Below are positions 1-12,357 of a stretch of 64,000 nt of DNA, piece by piece. Each line of letters begins with the position of its first letter. The stretch's first letter is position 1. The position numbers and the translations under genes are program-made. The notes below the pieces were generated by a model that ran no database searches, was not told the origin of the DNA, and saw only the letters and a program-made list of their open reading frames with translations. The DNA comes from Magallana gigas (lineage: Eukaryota): contig NC_088853.1 in NCBI RefSeq assembly GCF_963853765.1, positions 16,306,001 to 16,370,000 of the forward strand, given 5' to 3'.

Positions 1-2640
1 TTTAATTCACTCTTTATAAGGCCAATCACCAATTTCTGAAGAAAATTACTAGTCAAAACCTGTAAAAATCTCTACATACTGGTTTTTATGAGATTTCGAC
101 CACTTCTTTTTTTGCTAATTTTTCATGATTTTTCAGCGTTTTAGACCTCCCTCAGGTAATTCCCTGCAGAGGGTTGACCTTCCGTACCGCGTGCATGTTG
201 CACTATCACATGTCAAAAACTTACCGGTGTATAGTTTACAATGTCCCATCCACCTACTTTTCGTGTTATTTTACCTCCTGTCTGTAACTTGCAATTTCAC
301 TGTGTAAAGTCAACACAACAGTCATATCCGCAGGTTTCGTATTTTACTTCTGATTCTCGTGTACCTAAGATATGAAGCCTACATATTGCATATCAATTTC
401 AACAAAAGACACCCCTCTAACTAATGATAATCATTAAAAATCATTTCATGAATTTTAGCAACACTCATAAGCCTTCAAGTCAGCAACTCTCAATTTTACA
501 AAAATATTGACGGGTACTTTATTCGAAACCGTCCCTTGCTACCTTAGGCATGGTGAATTTATATCCAAGTGCTATATGTATGAAAGAATCAGTCATGTAA
601 GATATCATATTATATGATAGAATGTTTGATGACTTTAAACAAAAAGTTGTTCATGTTATATGCAATGCATCAAAATGTATATTGTATCAACATGTTGTTG
701 ACTACTTTTGTTTGCAACTTTATCTAAAGAAATCAATTCATGTAAAATATCGTAAATAAATTATGGTTGTATTCACATGACTTAAAGATTGAAACAGGGA
801 GGTGTGATAATTTAACACGTGACTTTTGCAACTTAACTGAGATTGAAGATGAATTAATTTTGTTTTACTTATTTGTCAATCTTTTCGTAGTTTAAGAGAA
901 AAGTATATTAAAAAATACTACTCCCGGAAACCAAGTATCTAGTATAAAGTTAAACAGTTACTATCTACATATACTTCAAATACCAAAGAACTGTGTAATT
1001 TATAAATCTTGGAATAAAGAACTTGAACATGCAAGATAATCAGTTTTGGGCAGAGTAAACATGCTGCCTTAAGATATTACTATGAAAACAATTTATGAAA
1101 ATAATGAAATCACCTACCAGTATACAGATTTGTATGAATAAAAAAAATATAAAATAAAATGGATCGCATTTCAACACATGGAACGCTAAGTTAAACAATG
1201 ACTAAAGTATTCAAGGATTAAAAAAAAATACTTTTTAAAGGATTAAATGTTTCCGAATTGTTAAAAACATTTTAAGTACATACTTAAGCAGTATTGTAAA
1301 CTCTGGTTCTAGGAATATATGGCGACACATAGGCCATTTCGACATCTGTTTGCACGAACCAATCACCAGGTAGAAAATACAGAGCAGTCATTGGCGTTTA
1401 AGGAACGTTTATAGTAAATAAAAATATCGTATTAATGTATTTATTTACTATTTTAATTATCTTTTGTGTTTTTATTGGTAAATACACCGAACGCATCTCC
1501 GAGCACACCGGCTTCCTTTCACATTAAAGACCCCCTCGCGCTGACACCCTGCTTAAAAAAAATGTACAACTTGTTTGTCGATTGTTGGATAATGATGCAT
1601 GAATAAAAAATAATTGCTTCGCAACTGAACTTAAATTTGACATGAATTCATAAAACTCATTTGGTCGCCATATTTTTTTTGATCGCTCTTCAATTGCTAC
1701 TGACGTTTAAACATGCACACCTGTCTCGAACGTTACGGCTTTAATTTTGATCGCGGCATTCAGGTTGCAAGAACTTCTAAATGCATGAATAACACATTAA
1801 AGGGTTTATTACACATGGGTAGGCGAATTTTTTGTTTACAACACAGGTGCTTGAGGACAAGATCGCCCCCAACCCCTCAACCCCCCAACCCTTCCACCCC
1901 ACCCCCAAGTATAAATACCCCGGTATTTTACTCTTTTTAAAAATTAAATTATATTATATTATGACATATTTCTAATCTAATTTATTCATTTATTGCCCCA
2001 ATATTACCTAAAACAAAAATTTTAGAAAAATAGACGCTCTCTATATATAATACAAGCATTCTGAGAGTATTGCATAAGCAATACACCTCCCCTACCGGTT
2101 TGTAGAAATTTGCGAAAATAATGCACTGTTATGAATATCTTCTGTACCCCGAATCAACAGACCAGCACAATAACGAATCCGATTGTAATAATTCAAAAAA
2201 ACCATCGATTAAATTTACAACACAAGGCTTGACACTATTTTACAGATATAATTTGTTTGTTAGAAACAATACAAGGAATGGTCCAAATAATGCACGATAT
2301 TATTACTGACTACATACTATTCTCGTTTATTCAAAACACACCGAACCCGATAACGAACCCGAACATAAACAATTGGAATATAAAAAATTAATTTTCGGAC
2401 AGACGGACTGACGGACGCAGAGGAAAGCTATAGTCCCCTCCGGTGAAAACCGGTAGGGGACTAACAAGAAGGTTGCTAACTTCGTCTGCAAGCCGAGAGG
2501 CACTGCCAATGAATATTTGTTGAAAAAAATGATAAAATAATATACTTCAGGAACAATTAAGTATATAAATAAAAGGCGAATGTGTGTAACAAATACAAAA
2601 ACCTTCCTGATAGTTTAGAGTTATCAAACATTGCTGAGGA
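1..2640 (+). repeat. Segmental duplication block A, copy 1 (partner 45676-48610)
   Basis: Collinear near-identity from tttaattcac... to ...ttgctgagga. Short ORFs 125..307 and 45804..45986 differ at only 4 of 60 aa. Several indels. Confidence 0.95.
2052..2463 (-). mobile_element. Helentron/HINE-like non-autonomous element, internally deleted
   Basis: Reverse complement of 3045-3896: end palindrome tagtcccctccggtgaaaaccggtaggggacta, (GGAC/AGAC)n, subterminal IR tcccctaccggttt, hairpin gtattgc-ataa-gcaatac. Structure matches DINE-1/pearl(CvA)-type elements. Confidence 0.8.
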
Positions 2641-3044
2641 TCGAAGATTCTATAGTATGGCTTTCTATAGGGCGGAAAACCCAAAGAAAGACAATAAAGG
2701 AATAAAATTTCGTCCCCATTTCTTTCCTATTTGATATGAACACTACTTCACAAATAATTTCTTTGACTAGTGTGTGCTTATGCATTTTCTACGCTATAAG
2801 AGTAAAATGTAGATTATTTTCTAAGGCACAGTATCTATTTCAAAGTATTCTCTGAAGCAATCATGTGTTAAATACACAAAACACTGTCATAACGTTTTAC
2901 CCGTGTGATCATTTGCATTCATTATTCGACCATTCAAATTGAATGAATAATATAAAACATGCTTAATGTGACTCCAATAAGCAAAGCAGAAAAAGACATT
3001 TTTCTTAATAAACTTACAGAAAGATAGATTAAACACTGAATTAT

Positions 3045-3896
3045 TAGTCCCCTACCGGTTTCACCGGAGGGGACTATAGCTTTCCTCTGCGTCCGTCAGT
3101 CCGTCTGTCCGTCTGTCCGTCCGTCCGTCCGTCCGTCTGTCTGTCCGTCCGTCCGTCAGTCCGTCTGTCTGTCCCACTTCAGTTTTCCACACTTTTTTTC
3201 TTTATGCATTTGGGGAATAATATGAAACTTGCTGAACAGCTTCAAAATGTCAAACTACAGATCAAGTTTACACTTTTGTAGCGTCTGATTGACATATTTT
3301 CGAGAAAATTAATTTTTTATATTCCAATTTTTTAATGTTCGGGTTCGTTATCGGGTTCGGTGTGTAACTGAATAAACGAGGTCAGTATGTAGTCAGTAAT
3401 AATATCGTGCGTTACTTGTACCATTCCTTTTCCTGTACCATTCCTTTTATCATTTCTAACAAACAAATAAATTCTATAAAATAGTGTCAAGCATTGTGTT
3501 GTAAATTTAATCGGCAGGGTTTTTTTGTATTATTACAATCGGGTTCGTTGTCGGGTTGGGCTGTTTAACTGTTTGGTTTGATTCGGGGTACAGAAGACGG
3601 TAAGAAATGATATTGTGCATAACAGTGCATTGTTTTTACAAATTTTTACCAGCGAATACAGAATAGACTTGGCGAAATTACAGGAGATGAAATGAAGAGT
3701 ATTATTTTGCCTATTTCCTATTTAATTTCTATATCAACTATATAGTTTTAATTTCCTCTGTTCTTTTATCTCTGATTAAAGCATGACTTCTCGTTTACAA
3801 TTGCTCTGAAATAGTTGGGTGCTTGGAAGCTTTCATAGAATAATACAAACCGGTAGGGGACGTGTATTGCTTATGCAATACTCTCAGAATGCTTGT
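3045..3896 (+). mobile_element. Helentron/HINE-like non-autonomous element, apparently complete
   Basis: 5' palindrome tagtcccct-accggt-ttc-accgg-aggggacta, (GTCC/GTCT)n microsatellite, subterminal IR aaaccggtagggga (3848-3860), 3' hairpin gtattgc-ttat-gcaatac. T-rich insertion site, no TSD. Empty site at ~5072. Confidence 0.85.
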
Positions 3897-4244
3897 TTAT
3901 ATGAATTTATACAAGCTTCTCCACGCTTTATATATGTAGCTGACAAACTTAATTTCGTTCTAAAATATGTATGATTACAGCACTTAGTTTATTCAATAGA
4001 ACTTTCATTTTGTTTTTTTAATGTAATGTACTGCATGTTATCATTGTTATAGTTCCATTCAAAATAAAAGAACTACAATATAATAAACAAAACCAATAGA
4101 ACAGTTCAATTTTGGAACCTATATAAATATTGTACAAATAATGTTGTTAATTCTAGGGATTAAAAACATTTTGTTTGTGAATTGTACGACTTGTGCTTTG
4201 ACTAATAAGCAGACACCAAAACCATTCGTGTCAATTTTAAACAT

Positions 4245-4310
4245 ACAAGAAATACACGTCCCCTACCTGTTTGTAGAAATTTGTGAAAATAATGCACTGT
4301 TATGAATATC
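4245..4310 (-). mobile_element. 3'-end fragment of the same HINE family
   Basis: aatacacgtcccctacctgtttgtagaaatttgtgaaaataatgcactgttatgaatatc matches 2080-2140 and 47880-47940. Confidence 0.75.
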
Positions 4311-4369
4311 AAGTCGACTTACAATATAAATGATAATTTTCTTTAAACTAGTGGCCATATTATTTTTTC

Positions 4370-4702
4370 TATCAGATAATTATGTTAACTTGTCAGATCT
4401 TTATGTTGACTTGGCAGATGATTATGTAAACTTGTCCGATCTTTATGTCGACTTGTCAGATGATTATGTAAACTTGTCAGATATTTATGTCGACTTATAT
4501 GATATTATGATGACAAGTAAATGGCAGTTTGTGGCACTAACACGCTTTGGCAACAAAATATTGAGTTTCTAGTTACTATGGTTATTTTCTGACAAGTCAA
4601 CAGAAAGATCTGACAAGTTGACATAAAGATCTGAAAAGTCGACATTATCATATGAAAAGTTAACATAATTATCTGACAATTGGTGGCAGATCTATGCCAC
4701 CA
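4370..4702. repeat. Inverted (fold-back) arrays of a 21-bp minisatellite with a terminal hairpin
   Basis: Unit ~ttatgtcgacttgtcagatct forward at ~4372-4505 and inverted at ~4589-4680. Hairpin tggtggca-gatcta-tgccacca at 4681-4702. Confidence 0.8.
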
Positions 4703-5488
4703 TAGAAAACCCAAAGAAAGACAATAAAGGAATAAAATTTCGTCCCCATTTTTTTCCTATTTGATATGAACACTACTTCACAAAATATTTCTTTGACTAG
4801 TGTGTGCTTATGCATTTTCTACGCTATAAGAGTAAACTGTAGATTATTTTCTAAGGCGCAGAATCTATTTCAAAGTATTCTCTGAAGCAATCATGTGTTA
4901 AATACACAAAACACTGTCATAACGTTTTACCCGTGTGATCATTTGCATTCATTATTCGACCATTCAAAAAATGAATAATATAAAACATGCTTAATGTGAC
5001 CCAAATAAGCAAAGCAGAAAAAGACATTTTACTTAATAAACTTACAGAAAGATGGATTAAACACTGAATTATTTATATTAATTCATACAAGCTTCTCTAC
5101 GCTTTGTATATGTAGCTGAGAAACTTAATGTCGTTCTAAAATATGTATGATTACACCGCTTAGTTTATTCAATAGAACTTTAATTTTGTTTTTTTAATGT
5201 ACTGCATGTTATCATTGTTATAGTCCCATTCAAAATAACAGAACTACAATATAATATATATTAAACATATCCAATATAACAGTTCAATTTTGGAACCTAT
5301 ATAAATATTGTACAGATAATGTTGTTAATTCTAGAGATTAAAAACATTTTGTTTGTGAATTGTGCGACTTGTGCTTTGACTAATAAGCAGACACCAAAAC
5401 CATTCGTGTCAATTTTAAACATGTTTGTGAAAACGAAACGCTATACTTTTTGATAAATTTCTTAAATGATTAGGTTATCGTACCCTTT

Positions 5489-5620
5489 GGGCCCGTTTCA
5501 CAAAGCATACTTAGGACTAAGTTATATCTTAGGAAAGAACCTTTTCCTAAGTTCATTACTTATCCGTTTACACTATTCCAGTCTTATCTTATGGACTTCC
5601 TAAGATATGTCTTAACTTTA
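5489..5620 (+). mobile_element. PIF/Harbinger-like terminal fragment
   Basis: Starts gggcccgtttcacaaagc followed by cttag/ctaag-rich subterminal repeats. The other end was not found. Confidence 0.4.
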
Positions 5621-5622
5621 TA

Positions 5623-6044
5623 TTATGCATATGCATGGATATTTCAAGGTCATTATTAATGATATATTGATAAAGCTATATAGAGGTACTTATATGTAAT
5701 TATGATGCATGTGTGCAACTTCGCTGGATTATGTTAGGTTTATAATTGATATATTAGGGGAGGTAACTCCATTTGCAACATGTATATTATCTCATTTGGT
5801 TGTCTAGAGTTATGCCTCTTTGTTTACATTTTTCTGTCGCCAAACTTTGCTAGAGCATTTCAGATTTATGTATCTAGATGCATATCTTATTGTGATTAAT
5901 TGAATTAGGTTATACTGATATATCTGATAGTCATACGTTTCATCATTGTCAACCATATATTTACTAGGATGAATTTGTATGTGTGTGTTTTTTGAATTAG
6001 TTTATTTACAATATTTTTTCTCTATTTTTTGTAGTAAATCGTCA
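5623..6044 (+). repeat. 422-bp direct repeat, left copy (HINE-like sequence, not the BEL LTR)
   Basis: Matches 11349-11776 with 5 substitutions and one 6-bp indel. Ends ...gtagtaaatcgtca directly against BEL gag. Confidence 0.9.
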
Positions 6045-7104
6045 AGAGGATACCTACAAGCTTTAGATGAACTTAAGGATCGATATGGTGATCCGGATGT
6101 TGTAGCTCATACTTACGTCAAGAAGGCGTTGGATTGGCCAGCAATTCAACCAGACAATTCGAAGGCATTAGACTCTTATGCAATATTCTTAACCGAGTGT
6201 CAATTTGCTGTGAATAACGTAAACAGTGCTCGAATTCTTGAATACTCAGAAAATATGAAACTTCTAATTAGGAAGCTACCATTCTACTTACAAGAAAAGT
6301 GGCGAAATGTGGTGTATGAGCTTAAGGACAGAAAAGAAGCTGTTACATTTCAAAACTTGGTAAACTTCGTCCGCAAAGAAGCTAAAAAGGCGAATGACCC
6401 TATCTATGAAAAAAGAAGTCATGAATTCTAGTTCAAGTGCACCAAAACGACAGAATGAAAAAGTGAACACATTTTCAAGACCGAGCCTGAACTTTGCTAC
6501 AAAATCTATGGAGTCCCATTCATCTACAGAAAATCGCACAGCTGCTGTTCAATACAAACCAAAATGTTGTGCCTTTGTGAAACCATGCATCTATTGTGAA
6601 GGTTCGTCACATTCCTTGGAAGAGTGCAAGAACATTATGAAACTTCCTCTGAAAGACAGATATGCAGTTTTACAAAAGAAAGGACTGTGCTTTTCTTGTT
6701 TAAAATCTGGACACCAGAAGGGAGTTTGTCAACGCAAGTCATATTGTATTCATTGTAAGAGATTTCATCCTTCTATACTCCACTTCGATCCTCGACAGAG
6801 CTTTGAACCTCCGGACCAGAACAACAACAGATTGTCTGTACCGTCAGCATCTGTGTCTTCGGCAGCGCATATGGGGGCTGGGGAACTTGTGAGGCAAGCG
6901 CTTCCCATTATACCAGTGCGACTGAAATCAAGAAACAGTGACAAATACATTAATACATATGCTTTCTTGGATTCAGGGAGTACAGCAACATTTTGTACAG
7001 AGAAAATAGCAAACTTACTTCACGTTGAAGGCAAAAAGACTTTGTTAAATCTGACAACCATGGGACAACAGAAAATTGTTATATTCTCTCTGGACTCGAA
7101 ATAA
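6045..7104 (+). pseudogene. gag: BEL gag (DUF1759-like) + zinc knuckles + aspartic protease, frameshifted
   Basis: ORF 5979..6431 (RGYLQALDELKDRYG...) shifts frame near 6400-6420 into 6394..7104 (CIYC..H..C, CFSC..GH...C, CIHC..H, FLDSGS). Confidence 0.9.
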
Positions 7105-10100
7105 CTGACGTGAATGGTGACAATCCAATAGATCTTCCTCCTATTTACACACAACCAGAATTACCTGTGTCCAGGAAAGACATAATTTCACTGGAGGACC
7201 TTCAAAGATGGCCGCATTTAAGTGACATTCACATTGACAGAATACCAATAGATAGTGATATCGGTTTGTTAATTGGTGTCAATGTTCCTAAAGCAATGGA
7301 ACCATGGGACATAATTCCTAGTAAAGACAATGGTCCATTCGCTATGAAGACTATCCTTGGATGGGTAATCAATGGACCAATCGACACAGTTCCAGAAAAT
7401 GGCATTTTCAACACATTCGTCACGGTCAATCGCATTGATGCAAGATTAGAAGAACAGATAAGATACCAGTTTAATCATGACTTTTGTGAGCGGACGATCG
7501 ATGATGTTCCAGAGCCGTCAAAGGAAGATAAAACTTTCCTAGAATTGGTAAAAAAGTCAGTTCATTTTGAGGATGGACATTATATCATTGACTTACCTTT
7601 CAAATCTAAAACTGTTACAATGCCTAACAACAGAAAACAAGCAGAACAGAGACTGATTTCATTATCCCGAAAATTTGAGAACAACATTGAATTTTGTGAC
7701 AGTTATAAAGCATTTATGGACAAAATTATCAGCGAAGGTTACGCACAGCAAGTTCCTACTGAGAACCTACAACAAAATGATGGACGTGTGTGGTATTTGC
7801 CGCATCATGGTGTATTTCATCCCAAGAAGAATAAACTGCGTGTTGTATTTGATTGTGCAGCCAAGTTCAAGGGAACTTCACTAAATGATCAGTTGTTACA
7901 AGGCCCTAACTTGACAAACACACTTATTGGAACTCTGATCAGATTTCGGGAAGATGAAATAGCTGTAATGGGTGATATTGACAGCATGTTCTACCAAGTG
8001 CGTGTACCTCTCCAGGATGCTTCATTTCTTCGATTCCTATTGTGGAAAGATGGAGATCCTTCGAAAAGTGTAACTGAATACCAAATGGTTGTGCATTTGT
8101 TTGGTGCAACATCTTCACCTAGTTGTGCCAACCTTTGTCTTCGAAAAACAGCTCAGGATTGGAAAGGATATTTCAGTGAAGAGACTGTTAACACCGTTCT
8201 CAAAAACTTCTATGTAGATGATTGTCTTAAGTCTGTCAAATCTGTGAACGAGGCTGTAATCTTAGTGAAAGACTTACAAAGACTTTTAGACAAAGGTGGT
8301 TTTCACATTTCAAAGTGGATAAGCAACAGTCGAGATGTCATGAACTCAATACCTGTGTCAGAGAGAGCTAAAGAAGTAAAGACTTTAGATCTAGATTATG
8401 ATACTTTGCCGATTGAAAGAGCCCTTGGAGTCCAGTGGTGCGTCGAGTCTGATTTCTTTCACTTCAAGCTGGAATTGAACGAACAACCGCTTACCAGACG
8501 AGGAATTCCGTCGATGGTCAGTAGTGTATATGACCCTTTAGGATTTTTGGCTCCATTCGTACTCAAGGCCAAATGTATCCTTCAAGAACTTTGCAAGATG
8601 CAATTAGGATGGGACGATAGAATTCCAGATGACCTCGTAATTCAGTGGAATCATTGGTACCAGGACCTCCAGAAACTAGAAGACTTCAAAGTGAACAGGG
8701 GTATCAAGCCCTTTGGATTCGATCCAGTCATTACGCAGTTACATCACTTCTCTGACGCAAGCGAAACAGGGTATGGCACAGTGTCCTACTTACTACTGGA
8801 GAATACAGACGGAGAACGTCATTGTTCCTTCATCATGGGAAAATCTCGTGTTACACCACTTAAACAGACAACCATTCCAAGACTGGAGTTGACGGCAGCT
8901 ACAATAGCCGTCAAAACCAACAAGTTGTTACTGACCGAGCTAGACATGCCCATCGATCACGTTATATTCTGGACCGACAGTATGGCAGTATTACGTTATA
9001 TTCAGAACAGAACAGCAAGATTTCATACTTTCGTTGCTAACAGACTAGCAGTGATACATGAAGGATCGCAGCCAAGCAATTGGAGATACATTAACACGAA
9101 AGTCAACCCAGCTGATTACGCATCAAGAGGTATATCAGCCAACAGCCTTATCATGCAAGAAAACTGGATCAAGGCCCCAAGTTTTTTTTATTGGGATCAG
9201 TGGCCCAAACATTCAATGGAGATCGCTGATACAGAATTATTGGACAATGACCCAGAGGTGAAAAGAGTTACCGTCAGAGCAGTCATCGCAGAGCAACAGA
9301 ATTCAGACAATTCTACAGAGTGTGTTAACAAGTTGATTCAACATTATTCTTCGTGGTACTTGTTGAAACGAACAGTGGCATGGATTCTGAAAGTGCGGAA
9401 AGAATTGTTAAGGCGTGTGAACATGAAAAGACTCAATTCTAGTCCAATATTACAAGAATCATATGATAAGAGTGTTCTATCGCACCAAGACCTTAAAGAG
9501 GCAGAGAAGTCAATACTGAAATTTGTTCAACAACAAGAATTTGACACAGAAATCAATGCTATTGTTTCAGGAAACTCTCATGTGAATCGTAGAAGTCGAA
9601 TCAGGAACTTGGATCCATTTTTGGATGATGGAATCTTACGTGTCAGCGGTCGACTACACCAGTCAAGTATTCCAGCAGAGATGAAACTTCCAGTTATTCT
9701 ATCCACAGATCATCATGTGTCAACAATCATTCTTAGACAAATTCACCAAGAACTGATGCATAGTGGTAGAAACCATATGTTGGCAAAGTTAAGAGAAATG
9801 TATTGGATTATTCATGCTCCGTCAGCCATCAGGAAGCTGATATCAAGATGTGTTACATGTTGACGATTCAAGTCGAAAGTTGAAGAGCAGAAGATGGCAA
9901 ATCTACCAAAGGATCGTATCGTTCCAGATGAACCACCATTTAGCAGAGTAGGAGTCGATTACTTTGGACCGTTCGAAGTAAAACAAAAGAGAAGTCGTGT
10001 GAAACGTTATGGCGTAATATTCACCTGCTTGGCAAGTCGAGCTGTACATTTGGAAGTAGCAGCTTCATTGGACACTGATTCTTACATAAATGCCTTGCGA

Positions 10101-10835
10101 CGCTTTATTGCCAGAAGGGGACAAGGTACGAAGATACGTTCTGATAATGGAACTAATTTTGTTGGTGCCGAACGTGAACTTGCCCGATCCATACAGGAAT
10201 GGAATCAACACCAGATTCAAAATTCAATGTTACAGAAGAATGTAAACTGGCAATTTAACCCACCAGCTGGATCACATCATGGTGGAGTGTGGGAAAGAAT
10301 CATTCGAATTATTCGCAAGGCCATGAACAGCGTTCTAAGGGAACAGACCTTGGACGACGAAGGACTTAATACCCTGATGTGTGAAATCGAATAGATGATC
10401 AACGATCGACCGATCACGAAGAATACAGATCACCACTCTGATTTGGAACCACTTACACCAAACCATTTGCTCTTAATGAAGCGGAAGCAGAACCTGCCTC
10501 CAGGAGTTTTTGATAAGGACGACATCTATCACAGGAGACGGTGGAGACAAGTTCAATATATGGCAAACCTGTTTTAGCATAGATGGGTACGGGAATACCT
10601 ACCGCTTTTACAAGAAAGACAGAAGTGGCAAGAAAGCAAACGGAACTTGCAAATTGGTGATGTTGTGTTAATAGTCGATTCTAATTCTCCGAGAAACTCG
10701 TGGCCTATGGGCATTATTTGTGAAACTATACCGGACTGCAATGGACTTGTGCGACAAGTTAAAGTTAAAACTGCGACAAATATTCTGATCCGCCCCGTTG
10801 ATAAACTCTGCCGGATTCTAGAAGGAGATTGTTAG
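7085..10835 (+). pseudogene. pol: BEL pol (RT, RNase H, integrase) with frameshift and premature stops
   Basis: Frameshift at ~7085. In-frame stops at 9861-9863, 10392-10394 and 10575-10577. ORFs 7110..9863, 9894..10394, 10395..10577 and 10647..10835 are collinear pieces. Confidence 0.95.
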
Positions 10836-11037
10836 AACTGTTTGATTATTACGAACTCGTGTAAATTTCTGTATTATTATTTGTGATCATTGAATGTTTG
10901 TTCATTGTTGACATTTTCTAGGAACAATTGCTAGTCAAGACACAAATTTGATAAAAACTAGGTTGTTTGTAACTTAATGATGTAGAGTATTTTCGACGTA
11001 ATTGTGTCATATTCATTCCACAATTAGGGGGCTGGGT

Positions 11038-11348
11038 TGTTGCCGCCAATACTGCAATTAGTCATATCTATGCTGGTACTGCAGTTAGTCATACCTGATC
11101 TGACGTCATCAGTTTTTGAGCTCAATATTTTTTTTGTGTAGAGCCCGTGAACTTGTGTTAGGCGGGCTCATGTTTACATTTCTTTTGTACTGAATGTACT
11201 TTTCTCTGGAGGAAACTACTTAATTGGTGAGTGTTATAATATGTATATTGTTAGAATGTTTTCCAATGCATATGTACATTGTGCAGTAGAATTATATTAC
11301 AGTACATTTGATAATTTTCATACTTTAGTGTAGGTATAAAGTTACTAT
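11038..11348 (+). repeat. Probable true BEL 3' LTR, 3'-truncated
   Basis: Begins TGT immediately after the polypurine tract. No matching 5' copy exists in the window. Confidence 0.6.
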
Positions 11349-12200
11349 TTATGCATATGCATGGATATTTCAAGGTCATTATTAATGATATATTGATAAA
11401 GCTATATATAGGTACTTATATGTAATTATGAGGCATGTGTGCAACTTTGCTGGATTATGTTAGGTTTATAATTGATATATTAGGGGAGGTAACTCCATTT
11501 GCAACATGTATATTACATGTATCTCATTTGGTTGTCTAGAGTTATGCCTCTTTGTTTACATTTTTCTGTCGCCAAACTTTGCTAGAGCATTTCAGATTTA
11601 TGTTTCTAGATGCATATCTTATTGTGATTAATTGAATTAGGTTATACTGATATATCTGATAGTCATATGTTTCATCATTGTCAACCATATATTTACTAGG
11701 ATGAATTTGTATGTGTGTGTTTTTTGAATTAGTTTATTTACAATATTTTTTCTCTATTTTTTGTAGTAAATCGTCATTCGTCATTCGTCATTCGTCATAC
11801 ATCTTACATGTTTTGTCACCCTCCAAAATAAAATAAAAACGCATTTACAAAAGTGACCAAAGTTTCCTCATTTCACTGGCCAGTACAGACACCCTGCCAT
11901 TCATCTTGATGAGTGATTTAACTCCTTTATACATATTTGTAATATATTCAAGCAGTTTTATATTTATACACGTACATAATTCATTTTCTATTGATGTGGA
12001 AAAAACTTTGCAGACCAGCAATATTTTTTTCAACAAGGCAATTTTATTAATCATTGATGCACAATAAAAACAAAAAGGTGATGCAAATTTTTTAAACATA
12101 CCATGTCGTTCATAAATGTAGCTCGTACACAAGCGCAGTTAATTGATATAATTGAAAAAGCTATTCAACATAAAAATTCACATGTTCAATTTTAGCCAAA
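11349..12200 (-). mobile_element. HINE-like element whose first 428 bp is the right direct repeat
   Basis: 11349-11776 matches 5623-6044 and continues into (TTCGTCA)n and gtcaccctccaaaat. Related motifs (ttatgcctctttgtttacattt ... tagtaaat) recur at 27430-27680. Right boundary approximate. Confidence 0.6.
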
Positions 12201-12316
12201 CAGTTACAGAGTATATTAGTTTTTTAAACCCAGTATATGGTTTGAGAGTAATGATATGTGGCCCGACATTTGATTGATTCAATAAACTAAGAGTACCAAC
12301 TACATGTACCCAAATG

Positions 12317-12318
<2 letters not shown>

Positions 12319-12350
<32 letters not shown>
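12319..12350. repeat. (CT)n microsatellite
   Basis: Direct reading. Confidence 0.95.
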
Positions 12351-12354
<4 letters not shown>

Positions 12355-12357
12355 TAA

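Larger units (their letters stand above)
2675..5422 (+). repeat. Local tandem duplication: 2675-4244 (with HINE insert) and 4705-5422 (without)
   Basis: 2675-3044 matches 4705-~5072, and 3897-4244 matches ~5073-5422. Confidence 0.9.
6045..11348 (+). mobile_element. BEL/Pao LTR retrotransposon, 5'-truncated and inactivated
   Basis: Domain order gag-PR-RT-RNaseH-INT. CCHC knuckles, protease FLDSGS, RT NFYVDD, RNaseH HHFSDAS/WTDS, integrase HQELMH..CVTC and GVDYFGP/SDNGTNF/VWER, C-terminal W.MG...R.V.VKT. PPT caattagggggctggg then TGT at 11038. Confidence 0.95.

Noticed and set aside
4330-4714. ORFs 4330..4572 and 4505..4714 with repeating peptides; CRISPR-like appearance
   Set aside because: Products of a 21-bp minisatellite. 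There are no unique spacers and the context is eukaryotic.
5623-11776. The 422-bp direct repeats as the BEL LTRs
   Set aside because: No TSD and no PBS; the left repeat joins mid-gag; the PPT+TG lies 311 bp upstream of the right repeat; the repeat continues into a HINE-like body.
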